64,000 bases of DNA. Origin: Andalucia godoyi And28 (taxonomy: Eukaryota > Protista > Jakobida). Below are positions 40,950-52,900 of this stretch, in pieces; positions within the stretch are counted from its first letter, which is position 1; each line of letters opens with the position of its first letter. Where the stretch lies: NCBI GenBank assembly GCA_009859145.1, contig VRVR01000039.1, forward strand, positions 7,909-71,908, read 5' to 3'. A program made the position numbers and the translations under genes. Below the pieces are notes generated by a model that saw nothing but the letters and a program-made list of their open reading frames with translations, made no database searches and had not been told where the DNA came from.

Positions 40950-43900
40950 ATGGATAATTTAAGTCTTGCGCATTTCCCGCTGGTCCCGTCCCGCAGGTTT
41001 ACGTGCGCTGTGTTTGGGTCGTTTTCTGCGCCGAAGCGTGCTGAAATTGCTGCTGGAGTCGATGCGCATCTTCAGTTGTGGCGGATCGACTCCGCGGGGA
41101 AAGTGCGACTTGTGTTGTCGGTCAATGTCTATGCAGTCGTCCGAAGCATTGTCGCACTGCGTCTCGGAGGCGACAAGAGGGAGGTCGTCGCTCTTGGGAC
41201 AGACTCGGGATGTTTTGTCGTCTTTGAATTCTCAGGAAGTCAAGTCACCCGCCTGTGCTGCGAGCCGCTGTGCAGAAGCGGGTTACGCCGTCAGTCACCT
41301 GGATTCTGCATGGTTGCGGATCCCAGAGGACGCGCAGTGTTCACGGCAGGCGTCGAGCGAGATCGCTACATGTTCTTGCTCAGTCGTGACTCCACGGGGC
41401 GCTTCTCCGTGTCGAGTCCTGCAGAATTCCATGAGGATAATGCAATCGTGGTGGATGCCGCTGCGTTGGAGACTGGATATGATAATCCGTTGTTTGCGTC
41501 TTTGGAAATTCGAAGACGCGCCCCAGCCCCAGCTGCAGTCCCAGGCTCGCTCCAGGTCCCGATCCCAGACATCACCGTCTCCACGTTTCTGGTGATCTAC
41601 GAATTTGACCTTGGCTTGAACCGCATGTCCGAAAAGTATCAGTTTCCGGTCCCGGATAACTCTCATAGACTGTGCGCACATCCAGTAGAAGGTGTCGTAG
41701 TCTGCGCTCCACACTGCATGTCGTATTTCTCCTCGTTCACTTCCGAACCGCGTCGCATGCACATTCCCGAGGTGGCCTGGTTTTCGAGTGTTGTGACAAT
41801 GCGCGCAGGTTCCGGTGTTTCCTTCATTGTCCAAAGCGAGGATGCCTTTACCTGGGCTGTCCGATTTTCGTCTGACCTGTCTACTGCACGCTCTTTTTGT
41901 ATCCCAAATGTACCAAGAAGCTTAGTGTTTTGCTCATCGAAAAGTGGTCTGCTTTTTTGCTGTGCGGAACTCGGCCACCATGCGCTTCTGCAGGTGGATT
42001 TGGAGAATAACGGATCAGTAGCGGAGTCTCTCGTCCTGGATCGGATTCCTTCGTTCTCGCCGTTGTTGGATCTAAGCGTCGATGGCAATGACAACAGCTT
42101 GCTGTTGCTGCATGCGGTGGATGGTTCAAACTCGGCACTCACGAAGCTGCGATTAGGAGTTGGAGTCTCGGAAATTGCAGCTGCCGAAATGCCACAGCGT
42201 CCACGAGGTGTGTGGTTTGTGGATTCCTTTATTGTTGTGACGTTCGCCGATAGTACGATTGTGCTCGAGGTTGGAGAAACCGTCGAACAGACATCCAACC
42301 ACAAGTTTATTGAGGAGCAGACTACCATTGCCTGTCACAAGTTGCTAAATGGTGTGCTGCAGGTCACGGCTACGGGACTGCGAATCATATGGAATGACAG
42401 CTCGGTTTACTCGTGGACTGTTCCTGCAGGTTCGCAAATTTCTCATGCTACAGGGTGCGGGCTACAGGTGCTGGTTACAACAACAGCGCAGACTATGTTT
42501 GTGTTTGATGTGGACCATGTATCGAATGTTGTTTCGCGAATTTTGTCTCATCGACTTGAACAGCAATCCATTGTATCCTGCCTAGCACTAGGACCTTCGG
42601 CTCCTGGAAAGCGAAAGTCATTGTATGGGTGCGTGGGCTTCGCGGACGGCACGGTCCGGACAATGACACTGCAGGATATCGAGTTTTCTGTCGTCTCTCG
42701 TGTAGCATTGCCCAATCAGTGCGATCCGGTGTCTCTATGTCTCTGGAGGAACGTGCTGTGCATTGGAACGAACAGCGGGGTGTTGGTGTGCTGCGATTTC
42801 AATGCATCCACCGGAGGTCTGTCCAATCTCGAGTCTCACGTGGTTGGCGACACCCCAGTGTCTGTGAAAATCATGAAGTGGGCTTCCGAAGAATTCGTCA
42901 TGGTGCTTTCAAACAAGGTTTGGATGTACTCCGATACGCTCGCCACAAGCTTCTATCCAAACAGTGCAGCTTTTGTGGATGCATCTCCAGACACTGGTAG
43001 TGAAGAGGACGAGACTTCGGGCAGTGATATCATCGTCGCTTCCGAGGTGGACCAGAGACAGAGTGAAGGGCTGTTTTTGATTCCAATGGTTGTTGATTTT
43101 ACTATGAATGATATTTGTGCGTTTTCTTCCTCTCAGTCTGATGAGTTATCGTGCGTCTCAGTTTCACACAATGACAACATATTACGAATATTCACATTGC
43201 TGAAATCGGATAATCCGTATCACGTGGTTTCCGAAATCTCCATCACTGGATCTGCCCGAAAATTCCGTTTTCTCTCCGACCCGCAGTGCAGTATTGCTGC
43301 AGTGACGAGTGTCGCGCACGCTGACCAATATGTTTTGTCGATTTGTCGCATTCCAGATCAAGTCGTCTCGTGCACCGAACCCTTTCCTGCCGGATATTCT
43401 ATTTCGGCCCTTGCTTTTGATACGACGGCATCTGGCTGCATCTTGTTTGTCGCTACGAACAATGGAACGGACGGCCGTTCTTTCGTTCGAACATTATTGG
43501 TTTCCTCGAAAGGCGCATTGTCTGTGATACACGATACCGCTCTGGATTCCGGAGAGGTCACTGCACTCTCTGTGGTCAACGGCCTAGTGATTGCTGCCGT
43601 GGGTACAACAGTCCGGTTGTACTCAGTTGGGAAATCGAAACTTCTCAGAATATCAGAGCGTCGCAACGCCACTCCGGGTAAAATCGTCGCTATTTGCGTT
43701 TTAGACGATGCGACGTTCGCTCTGTCCGATGTTCGGGAGGGATTCTTTGTTTACAAGTACGACGCGACAGACCATTCACTGTATTGCCTTGCGAATTCGA
43801 TTGGTGCACATTTTGTGTCGTGTGCATGCGCTGTTGACGGCATTTCTGTGGCGAGCGGTGATAAGTTCGGAAACGTTCTTCTGAGTCGTGTGGCCATGCA

Positions 43901-44366
43901 TGCAAATGACATGGGTAAAAAGGAAGATACCTCAGAAGAGAGCTCTACGTGGCAAGGAGGAGCGTGGGATATTCGTCAGCCGATAGAACCTGTTGCTGCT
44001 TTTTACTTGGGAGATGTCTTGACTTCCATTAAGAAAAGCAGGATCGGACGGTATGAGACGGCTCTCATTTATTCCACGATTGGAGGATCCATCGGGGTGC
44101 TCGTCCCGTTTCAGAAGCAGTCCGAAGCTGCACTGTTCCAATCCGTCGAGATGCTGATGAATGGATTGCGAAGCGCCGCGTCTGGCATGTCCCACTTGAA
44201 GTTTCGCGGGAAGTATGCCCCTTCAAAAGCAGTTGTCGACACTGAGTTTTGCAGCAGCATTTCCGCATTTCCATCGACGGCTTTGCGGCGTTTGGAAGCT
44301 GAACTTGGCGTCCAGCATCGGCAAGTGTCGGCAAAGTTGCACGAGATGAGATCGAAACTGTTGTGA
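40950..44366 (+). CDS. SF3B3: Splicing factor 3B subunit 3 (SAP130/Rse1), divergent, 1138 aa
   Basis: GSFSAPKRAEI, LGTDSG, DPRGRA, GYDNPLFASLE, GDKFGN, YSTIGGSIG and C-terminal QVSAKLHEMR are collinear with SF3B3. ATG at 40950. Confidence 0.9.
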   Translation: MDNLSLAHFPLVPSRRFTCAVFGSFSAPKRAEIAAGVDAHLQLWRIDSAGKVRLVLSVNVYAVVRSIVALRLGGDKREVVALGTDSGCFVVFEFSGSQVTRLCCEPLCRSGLRRQSPGFCMVADPRGRAVFTAGVERDRYMFLLSRDSTGRFSVSSPAEFHEDNAIVVDAAALETGYDNPLFASLEIRRRAPAPAAVPGSLQVPIPDITVSTFLVIYEFDLGLNRMSEKYQFPVPDNSHRLCAHPVEGVVVCAPHCMSYFSSFTSEPRRMHIPEVAWFSSVVTMRAGSGVSFIVQSEDAFTWAVRFSSDLSTARSFCIPNVPRSLVFCSSKSGLLFCCAELGHHALLQVDLENNGSVAESLVLDRIPSFSPLLDLSVDGNDNSLLLLHAVDGSNSALTKLRLGVGVSEIAAAEMPQRPRGVWFVDSFIVVTFADSTIVLEVGETVEQTSNHKFIEEQTTIACHKLLNGVLQVTATGLRIIWNDSSVYSWTVPAGSQISHATGCGLQVLVTTTAQTMFVFDVDHVSNVVSRILSHRLEQQSIVSCLALGPSAPGKRKSLYGCVGFADGTVRTMTLQDIEFSVVSRVALPNQCDPVSLCLWRNVLCIGTNSGVLVCCDFNASTGGLSNLESHVVGDTPVSVKIMKWASEEFVMVLSNKVWMYSDTLATSFYPNSAAFVDASPDTGSEEDETSGSDIIVASEVDQRQSEGLFLIPMVVDFTMNDICAFSSSQSDELSCVSVSHNDNILRIFTLLKSDNPYHVVSEISITGSARKFRFLSDPQCSIAAVTSVAHADQYVLSICRIPDQVVSCTEPFPAGYSISALAFDTTASGCILFVATNNGTDGRSFVRTLLVSSKGALSVIHDTALDSGEVTALSVVNGLVIAAVGTTVRLYSVGKSKLLRISERRNATPGKIVAICVLDDATFALSDVREGFFVYKYDATDHSLYCLANSIGAHFVSCACAVDGISVASGDKFGNVLLSRVAMHANDMGKKEDTSEESSTWQGGAWDIRQPIEPVAAFYLGDVLTSIKKSRIGRYETALIYSTIGGSIGVLVPFQKQSEAALFQSVEMLMNGLRSAASGMSHLKFRGKYAPSKAVVDTEFCSSISAFPSTALRRLEAELGVQHRQVSAKLHEMRSKLL

Positions 44367-44369
44367 GGA

Positions 44370-46397
44370 CTAGAAATTCGCAGCCGAACTGCTGGTGCTC
44401 AGCAACTTCGAGATGACTCCCGAAAAGTCAGACAAATCTGCAACACCTTTCCCAGAAGCCTGCCACTGTACGCACGCCGTGATTCCGGAATCAAAGCCGA
44501 CCGCCAGCATCACTGCCCCCCCGTGCCCAATGAAGGTGGTCAGACAGCGAGCATTTCCTGTGTGCTCGTCGGAAACTGCAAGTACGGCATAGGGCAGCCG
44601 CCAATCCTCGATAGTAGCTGAGAGATCGAAAAGCAGCAGTTCGTTGGAGGAGAGTAAAACACAAAAGGAGGAATTTCTAAAGGAATGCCAGCACAAGGCA
44701 ATTGGAATCGCCCCCGAATTCGCGGATAAGAGTCCCCAAACATGTAACGGCTGTCGAGATCTACAAGAAGAAAGACGAAGGCATCCATCCGAAGAACCTG
44801 AAATACAAACATCTTCAATACTGGGACTAAACGACAAACAAGTGCACGCAAAGGACAATCGATCCGCCACTCTTCCGACTGCAGACACTCCGCCCAGGAA
44901 GCGTCGAACATCTCCTCTTGAGTGGGAGGCAAAGACCGGTCCATAGACATCTGTCGCAAACGCGAACCCATGCGAATCGCTCTGCAGCGATGCATCGTAC
45001 ACGCGAACACTTCGGCTGCTGTCCTCGCTGCTCACCAACGCGCCATCCCCAAATGGCTTCCATTTTCTCATCAGCGATATTCGGTACCTCCCAGACAGGG
45101 ACATCCCAAAGTCCGTCAGCGATTCACTCACGGCATCTTGTACGGGAACGACGACCCACAAATGAACCACACCGGTTTCGTCAATCGAGACGAGTTGAAT
45201 GGTGGTGGATATTCGAGAACTTCCAGGAGAGTCTTCGATATGGCACAACTTCACTATCGGAGCCACATGGTTCTCGTCGGATTTCCAGTCAGTGGAATAA
45301 CAAGGTTGTCGAACAGCGAAACTCTTGTTGTTGGTGGTGGTGGTGGTGTTGCTGTTGCTACTGCTGCTGTTGGCATCAGAGTCGTCGTCCGGGGATCGAA
45401 CACCTGCAATGGACAGATCCCACATGACAAGCGATCCATCACACGAACCTGCAAAAACCAAGTCCGGAAACCCTGGAACAATGCAAATCTGAGAAATCTG
45501 GTCTTCACAACCAAGAATGAACACGGGCGTCGTGGTCAGGCCTCTACTTCCAGAGATCAGCGCGACGTCGTAACAGCAGACTACTCCACGCTGCAGAGTA
45601 ACGTGTCGCTTGTCGGAAAATTCGAACCGCGTTGGGGAATATGCTACCAGCAATTGTGCGGGCGTAGGATACGGCAACAAGCATTGAACCAGCCGCCCAT
45701 CAATGATGTTTTCATGCCCTACGAGGAATCGCTTCAAATCCTTCGGCGTGTCTTTCTTTGCCACAATGTCCGCATATGATTTCTTCGCTTGAGTGGTATC
45801 ATTTTCTTCGAGCATGCCGCTGACAATTGGCAAAACAGCACGCAGAAAGGCATCCATTGATACGGAGCCGCCTTGATTCATGAGGTACTGCAAGTCCCTG
45901 TCCGCCCCGTCACTTGCCATGGACACCCTTAGGTCTTCGGGGACCTGGCATGCAAACGCGCAGAGTTCAATGTCCTCTGTCTGGCAATCGACGATCGTCC
46001 GCATGTTGGAATCAGGGATTTGGGCACTGGCAAACGCAACGTGCGAAGACATGGCCAAAACATCACTTTGCGACAGCGGAGGAAGGTCCAGCAGTGTGTA
46101 TTGCACTTCATCAAACTCCAGGATCCGCATCAGTCCTCGCCGTCGTTCGAAATCCCCATCTCCAGCCCTCGCTCTCGACGCCGATGCCGACGTCACCTTC
46201 TTTGGCGCTCTCACAAGAATCTCGGATCGAACAGGAGCAGCACTCGTCGACGACAGAGCACCCGCTCGCAAGGAAGCCGCACCCGTCGTACGGCTCGCAC
46301 TCGGCAGAGAAGCTGGTGCGTGCCTCACCTCGGTCTCTTGGTACTCTTCAAACTCTTCGTTCTCATATTCTTCAAAATCCTCTTCATAGTCATCCAT
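44370..46397 (-). CDS. DYNC2I1: Dynein-2 intermediate chain WDR60 (FAP163), 675 aa
   Basis: Acidic YEEDFEEY start, LLDLPP, CQTEDIE, RQPCYSTD and WD40 repeats. ATG at 46397. Its stop lies 3 nt from the SF3B3 stop. Confidence 0.82.
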   Translation of the reverse strand: MDDYEEDFEEYENEEFEEYQETEVRHAPASLPSASRTTGAASLRAGALSSTSAAPVRSEILVRAPKKVTSASASRARAGDGDFERRRGLMRILEFDEVQYTLLDLPPLSQSDVLAMSSHVAFASAQIPDSNMRTIVDCQTEDIELCAFACQVPEDLRVSMASDGADRDLQYLMNQGGSVSMDAFLRAVLPIVSGMLEENDTTQAKKSYADIVAKKDTPKDLKRFLVGHENIIDGRLVQCLLPYPTPAQLLVAYSPTRFEFSDKRHVTLQRGVVCCYDVALISGSRGLTTTPVFILGCEDQISQICIVPGFPDLVFAGSCDGSLVMWDLSIAGVRSPDDDSDANSSSSNSNTTTTTNNKSFAVRQPCYSTDWKSDENHVAPIVKLCHIEDSPGSSRISTTIQLVSIDETGVVHLWVVVPVQDAVSESLTDFGMSLSGRYRISLMRKWKPFGDGALVSSEDSSRSVRVYDASLQSDSHGFAFATDVYGPVFASHSRGDVRRFLGGVSAVGRVADRLSFACTCLSFSPSIEDVCISGSSDGCLRLSSCRSRQPLHVWGLLSANSGAIPIALCWHSFRNSSFCVLLSSNELLLFDLSATIEDWRLPYAVLAVSDEHTGNARCLTTFIGHGGAVMLAVGFDSGITACVQWQASGKGVADLSDFSGVISKLLSTSSSAANF

Positions 46398-47133
46398 TTC
46401 TGTCCTTCCCGTCTCGCGTACCTGCTCACTCGGACAAACAGAAACAGAATCGCAATCGGAATCGGGAAAAAAAGATAAACAGGAAAACGAGAACTCCGAG
46501 ATTGATAAAATATTTATGACACTCCCAGCCCAAAACGACTTGTGGACCGCTGTGAAATATTCATCGGATAGCACGGGCTGAGTTGACAGCCGTCGACATT
46601 GCTGTTGAATGAGGCCGGCCTTTTTCCTTCTGCAGACTGCTGCTTCCGGCTATTGTTGTTGCAACGGCGTAGGTGTGCAGGCCGAGGCCCAATGAGATAC
46701 TATCAAATTGTAAACGTCACTTTACGCCACAAAGAAGAAAAAAAAAAAAAAAAAAAATCTGTCAGCGGCGAAGCATGCGAGACAAATGTTTGAGAGACGT
46801 TTTGTGTTGGAGGATGGTACTTATCCTTTGTTGGGAAATGTTTTCCTTTTTGCCTGTATTTCTGGTGGGTCGACGTTCTTCGACATCTGAAATCTCGGTT
46901 GAGCTGATTGAGTCTGCGCTAGCAATTTCGTCAAACACTCGACAATCGACATTCAAGTTTGACGTTTTTCGTGTCTCCGAAAATTTATCGGATTCCTTCA
47001 CGTCCCTATTTCTTTTATCTCTTCTTTTTTAACTATTAGTGTTTATTCTTTATTCTTGATTACTATCTTTTAATTAAAAAAAGGTATTATAAGAAAGGAA
47101 TACAAAAGTTGTGTGGTGAGGTGTGTTGGGAGG

Positions 47134-49461
47134 ATGCAGAAGAGCTTCAACTTTACGGGTTCTCACAAATCACGGCCTTCCGTGAATTTATCGGGTCGTT
47201 CGGTGGAAACCCGCGACGATATTCTGGAGAAGGTCCGAAAAGAGCGTGAGAATCGAGAAGAGGCCAAGAGAAGGGCTGTGGCGGCAGCGACGATTCAAAG
47301 GTATGCCAGAGGATTTGTAACAAGAAGACGCTTTCGGAACGTCCTGGCCGCAAGAGTCGGTGAGATGCTGCATCCGCTGTGCAACATTCGAACGGGCAGC
47401 AGAACTGGGTCAGAATCAGCGCCACATCCAACGCCAGAACCAGCCCTGGATCCCACAAGACTCTTGTTCTACTGCAAATGGTCGCTTGTGGGACAGTCCA
47501 TGCCGTCAGAAATGTCGGACATGCTGCAGCGCCGGCTGCCTGATTTTGCTCCGTTGTCCGAGAAGCTAGTTGTTCCGGTGCTGAGCAAGGCTGTGCTTGC
47601 GTCGAAAGATGCTCTTGACTGGGCGGATGTCCCACACCGAGAAGCTCTGTCTAGAGAGATATCAGGGCATGTGTGGAACGACCGCCTGCTCAACCCACGA
47701 TTGTTGCAGGTCTTCCCGTCGTTAAAGTACGATATCTTCGAGAATGTGGCGCGGTCGGCTGACGACCTCGATTATGGACTGGATCTCATTCGCAGGTACG
47801 TTGGCTGGAACGATACGTCGGTGCAGTGGTTTGACAAGAGTCTTTCTGTCTGTCGAACTGTTCAGTATTCGGTGGAAGTTTGCTTGGACATTGCAAGAGA
47901 AATGTTGATCCCTGTTTCCAAGACGACTATTTCTGCTGTTGGTTCCATGTTCGAAAAATGCTCCTCCAATGAGTTTCAAGAGTTGGAATTTTCAGATGTT
48001 ACGCATCTCGATGCTCTGACAAAGACTGTTCGCGTTGAAGATTGCTTTTTCCTTTTGAATCTTGATCCCCCTCGAGTACGGTTAATATTTTTCCTGCTCT
48101 CCCACATTTTGCGTTTCTACTCCGATGATGACGCTGTTAACAGTGTATCTCTCTCAGGCCTTGCGAAGTGCGTGCAACTTGCTGTGCAGTTTCAGCAGCC
48201 ATTTCTTGTCAAATTGTTGTTCGAGCGGAATGTTCGATTGAAATTCATCAATGATGCAGCCATCCAGGCGCCTCGACTTCCCCAATCAGACCCGCTGTAC
48301 AAGTTCCTGGTCCCGTTTGCTTCTCGAGCGGCGGCTTTTCTGTCTGATATGCGACAGAGAAGAAGGAACGAAGTATTCGGAGCAACAATGCACTTGACAG
48401 TGAATCGTGAGACGGCGTTGGAAGATGCCTTTCTGCAAATTCGTCACCGCCTTCCGGAGTTGGGTAAGGCGTATCTCCAGGGCTCCTTTCGTGGCGAAGC
48501 GGGACTTGGCCAGGGTGTCACAAAAGAATTGCTCGTGCAGATGCTCAAACAGGCTTTTTCTCAGCAGTATGGTCTGTTCACATTTTTTGGCAATATCTAC
48601 GTTCCGAACCCAGATTCCATTGTTCTGTTGGGAGTTTCGGACGGCGTGTCGCTTGCCTTGCAATATTTTGAATGCATTGGGGCTCTCCTTGGAAAATGCA
48701 TCAGTGAAGGCATTGTGGTGGATGCTCCGATTGCAGATTTCTTTCTCGGCAAGATTGTGGATTACCATGCTCGGCTCGATGATCTTGCACAGTACGATAC
48801 ACTGTACTACAAGAATCTGAAGGAGATTCTGTCGATTGAGGATGCATCAGTGCTGGACGATCTTTGTCTGTACTTCACTGTGAACGAGTCCGATGTCACA
48901 AATCGTGTCCAAGAATTGGTTTCTGGTGGACGAGACAAGAAAGTCGACATGTCCAACAGACGTATTTATGTCCAGCTTGTTGCTGATTTTTTGCTGAATC
49001 GCAGGTTTGCTAGCATTGCGAATGCCTTTGCTCGCGGAATGAACGCAGTCGTTCCAAAAGAGCTTCTTGGTGAATTTTTTAGGTATGAGGAACTGAGTCG
49101 TCTTATTTCTGGAAATGATGAAGGAGTGGATGTTGCAGACTGGATGCGCCATACCATTTACCAGGCGGTGCAACCGCAAGACCCGGAAGTTGTCTGGTTT
49201 TGGACCATAGTTTCAGAAATGTCGCAAGCGCAACGCTCGAAGCTGCTACGTTTTGCGACGTCGAATCCCCGAGTCCCGCTGTTGGGGTTTGGGGAAATGA
49301 ATCCGCAGTTTTGTATATCTCGTGGTGACGGGAAAAATCGACTGCCCACCGCTGCAACCTGCTTCAACCTGCTTAGGTTGCCCGTGTATGATTCGTTGGA
49401 AACGATGCGCCACAGCTTGTTGACTGCAATCGAGGAAGCACAGACTTTTGAACATTCGTAA
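47134..49461 (+). CDS. UBE3C: HECT E3 ubiquitin ligase, UBE3C/Hul5-like, 775 aa
   Basis: N-terminal FNFTG...RPSVNLSG, an IQ motif (AATIQRYARG) and a C-terminal HECT domain with catalytic RLPTAATCFNLLRLP. ATG at 47134. Confidence 0.9.
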   Translation: MQKSFNFTGSHKSRPSVNLSGRSVETRDDILEKVRKERENREEAKRRAVAAATIQRYARGFVTRRRFRNVLAARVGEMLHPLCNIRTGSRTGSESAPHPTPEPALDPTRLLFYCKWSLVGQSMPSEMSDMLQRRLPDFAPLSEKLVVPVLSKAVLASKDALDWADVPHREALSREISGHVWNDRLLNPRLLQVFPSLKYDIFENVARSADDLDYGLDLIRRYVGWNDTSVQWFDKSLSVCRTVQYSVEVCLDIAREMLIPVSKTTISAVGSMFEKCSSNEFQELEFSDVTHLDALTKTVRVEDCFFLLNLDPPRVRLIFFLLSHILRFYSDDDAVNSVSLSGLAKCVQLAVQFQQPFLVKLLFERNVRLKFINDAAIQAPRLPQSDPLYKFLVPFASRAAAFLSDMRQRRRNEVFGATMHLTVNRETALEDAFLQIRHRLPELGKAYLQGSFRGEAGLGQGVTKELLVQMLKQAFSQQYGLFTFFGNIYVPNPDSIVLLGVSDGVSLALQYFECIGALLGKCISEGIVVDAPIADFFLGKIVDYHARLDDLAQYDTLYYKNLKEILSIEDASVLDDLCLYFTVNESDVTNRVQELVSGGRDKKVDMSNRRIYVQLVADFLLNRRFASIANAFARGMNAVVPKELLGEFFRYEELSRLISGNDEGVDVADWMRHTIYQAVQPQDPEVVWFWTIVSEMSQAQRSKLLRFATSNPRVPLLGFGEMNPQFCISRGDGKNRLPTAATCFNLLRLPVYDSLETMRHSLLTAIEEAQTFEHS

Positions 49462-49842
49462 GACTGCGGGCGATGGTGGGCCAAACGCCGTGTGTTGGTG
49501 TCGGAATGCTGTCTGACGGCCATGCATCACTGCAATGGGGAAAAAGAAAGAGAAAGGAAAAAGGAAAGAGAACGGTAAAGGTAAAGGGAAAAGAAGAAAA
49601 CAAATGCAAATGCAAATGCAAATACAGATGCAGATACAGCTGCCACTTATTGCGATATGATGGAGCAATCTAAAGCGCACGCAAACAAAAACACTGCCAC
49701 GCGCCATGCGCATGCGTTTTGCTATCTTGACAACTTCGTCACACGATGCCCGATTCGTTTCGCCCCCATTTTGATCATGAAATCCCTTGATAAATACGCC
49801 GCCGCGTTGCATTATGCATGTTGTTGGGCTGCAGCATTGATT

Positions 49843-49892
49843 ATGGGTGATCAGCGATGATTACCCGTGGATTAGTGTACAATGTAGGCGAT
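49843..49892 (+). ncRNA. Candidate structured RNA or element end: GNRA hairpin plus conserved 19-mer
   Basis: ATGGGTGATCA-GCGA-TGATTACCCGT hairpin, then 5 nt, then AGTGTACAATGTAGGCGAT, identical to 37639-37657. Lies between two convergent 3' ends. Confidence 0.42.
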
Positions 49893-49964
49893 ACCGATAC
49901 AAAAACAAATGCTTCTGTCGATGTAGGTGTTTTCTTTAATCCTTTATTATTTTTTTTAACCCTC

Positions 49965-52900
49965 CTATTCTGGGGTGGCACAAACACACGCAACTCCTCT
50001 TAGGATCCAGTGAGACGGAAACTGCTTGCCAGTCGGCAGCTCCATGCTGGTGATAAAGTTCGTGGAATGTCCAGTTGTGGACAGCGTACCCCTTCTTTCC
50101 GTTGTCTTGTACACAGGACACATGTACACCGACGCAGGATCCGGCAGCCGACGGAACTGCTGCGGAATGAGATGCATCACTGGGACGCGATTGAACAACT
50201 CCAACGGCCGGGCTTCGTCAATGCTTCCTGTATCCACGTTCCACCGAGCCCCTTCCATGTACAATCCATGGATGAAAACGCCTTCCTCGGGAGTCGAGCG
50301 CGGCATTCCAAGCTCCGAGGACAGCTTCACAGCAAAGGAAACCGTGTCAATTGGGACTGCAAATTTCCGCGCGAAATTCTGAAGAACTGCCGTCAAAAAT
50401 GCCTGAGGAAAGTATATTCCCGAAATCCAAAACGATGCCGGAGGCGCAGTTTCATACCAAGAATTGAGGAACTGTAAACGATCCAGCAGGTCCGCAAACC
50501 ACGACGACAGCGGTTTCACAGACGGATACGATTTGGAAGTCCATGACACAGGTACCACGTTTGTGAACATCGAGTCCGCCATTCGATCCAGCTTTTCACT
50601 CATCACCACTAGTCCGCGGGTGGCCTTGATCAGATCGGGAAGAGAACTATGCATCTCTTTGAGAAGCTTGTTGTACCGCATGCATTCCTGAATCAGAACA
50701 TTGTTCATGGAGTCCTCGTACTTCATCGGGTACTTGGCTGCAACTTCTTCAATTGCGAACACCTTGGGAAGCCGCATCAACATATCTTCTGCCATTGCGC
50801 GAACGATATCTTCGCGAGACAGCGCATTGGCATTGGTGTTGGAAGACGATTGCCGCGGCTGCATGGCAAGCATGGTCGACAACAGCAACCGACCCTCCGC
50901 TCCGGCATGAGTAATTTCTGCATTGGAATGCAGGCCAAACACAAATGGCGCCGCATGACTTGGCAAGTCGTCGATGCGCATGCGATACTCGTTCATGGAT
51001 CCCGAGGGAAGCGATGAGAACGGAGAATCCATGCCCGGAAGTACCGATCCAAACTCAAAATCATCGGATTCCAACGATCGCTCGTTCACAATGCCGTCAA
51101 AAGACGTCATCAAGCATCGTCTATCCCAGTCATCTGTGACTCTTCCACCATAGTTGATTTCTCCAAACAGGAAGCGGACAACTTTCAGCGGAATGTCCCC
51201 GCTTGATTCGTAGAACAGACGGAGCTGTTGGAGGCACACTGCGAAATCTCCAGAAGTAAACTCGTAAAACACATTAAATCCAAGTGGTCCGAACTTTCTT
51301 CTCTCGAGGACCACGGCATGGAAGAACGCCAGCGAGTATATCGCCTTCTGATATTTCCTGTCTTCAACCGCAGACCGAAGAACATCGGCTGAAATGAAGG
51401 ACGCGAAAGTTCGCTGAAGAGACGCACGAATGCCCCTCGGAGGTTCGTTCGTCATTTTCACACCATCCTGAAGCACAGACTGAGGGAACTCCGGAGTTGG
51501 CATCGAAGTCAGCCACAGTCTGAACTGGCGATGGCAGTTGTTCGAGGAAGCGTCCGCAGAAGAACTAATCAGGCCTTCCACAATCTTCTCAAGGGAAGGC
51601 ATCCACGAGGATGCCAAATGGCAATTCTGAAGCAGCACCCAGTTTCCGTTCTCCTTGCCGTCCTCGATGAGTTTCTCTGCAATGGGACCCTGGCCTTTTC
51701 CTAATGACACAGACACAAGCTTCCGGCCCATATTCATTTCGTCGGCAAAGTGCAAAAGTTCCTTCATAGGATCTGCACCCGCTGACAGCAAAAAGATCAA
51801 GGGAGTGCATGGCGAGGATTCGCGATAGGACTCAGCAAGGTTAAACGGTGGGGGCTCGACGAATCGGTTGCCCAGCCGACGCGAGACGTAGTACCGAATG
51901 CCATCCAGAACCTTGTCTTGGCGAACAGATCGGAGGAGCGTCACGGCAGACAACGGATGGAGGGTGCTGTCGATTAAGAACAGCGTCGACAATGGCACTT
52001 CGGAATTGTACACCTTCGCAAACACAGCCGGCTCCAGCAAACTGCTCCGAAGACGCGAAAACCTCGAAGATATCGCGGACTCTCCAAACAACAGCAGCGT
52101 CAGCTCTTTCCAAACAGAGTCGGACAGAACCTCGGGTCGTGATACTGTCCGAGGCACCTTGTCCGTCCCAGCTTTGGTGACTGCAGTGGGTCCTCTCAGC
52201 AAACACTCCCAGTCGGTATCCGACACAAATCCTGCGAGTTTGTCCACAGTCACGCTCAGTGCAAATGAAAACATGAGCTTGTGACGCTCGAACAAGGATC
52301 GACAGACCGTGTGGTACAAGCCGTGCAAAAACAGGGAGCGCAAAGACTTGAGTCGTGGTCGCACTTCGTCAGGCGCGGATGGCGGGGCAGCCTCGATGGA
52401 TTCCACATCACCTTCCAAGGACGTATAGGAAAGAAATGCAGCAGCCCCCAATTGATCGAAAGCCCTCATGAACTGGCGCAAGAACCATTGAAGCGAGAAT
52501 TGATACATCGGATCGATGTTGCCGAGATCCTGCAGGCAGAAGAAGACATGTGCAGCGAGGCGAGAGGCAAACCGATACTGCTCCCGAGTAACATCGATTT
52601 GCGCTTCAGTAATCTTGGCTTCCTTGACTTTCGCGTTAATCTCTTCACTCGTCACTTTCGCTGTTGAAAGTGTGTTAATCAGAACCTCATCCTCCAACAC
52701 ATCTCCTTTCGATTCCGAGAGCAGACGAAGAATGTTGTCTTCGATGCCTTTCAGTTGGGACTGCATGGAAGCATTTCTCTGCACAAGCGACCTCTTAAGC
52801 TCCTCTAAATCGGGTCGTTCTTTCTGCACGGCAACACCCAACAGCTGTTCTTCCAACCCGGCTTTTGTGATTGCAAAATTAATCAACATGACTTTCGAGC

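Noticed and set aside
46762-47001. 79-aa minus-strand ORF between WDR60 and UBE3C
   Set aside because: No ATG before the upstream stop and no family match. It cannot be a WDR60 exon as read because it ends in TGA.
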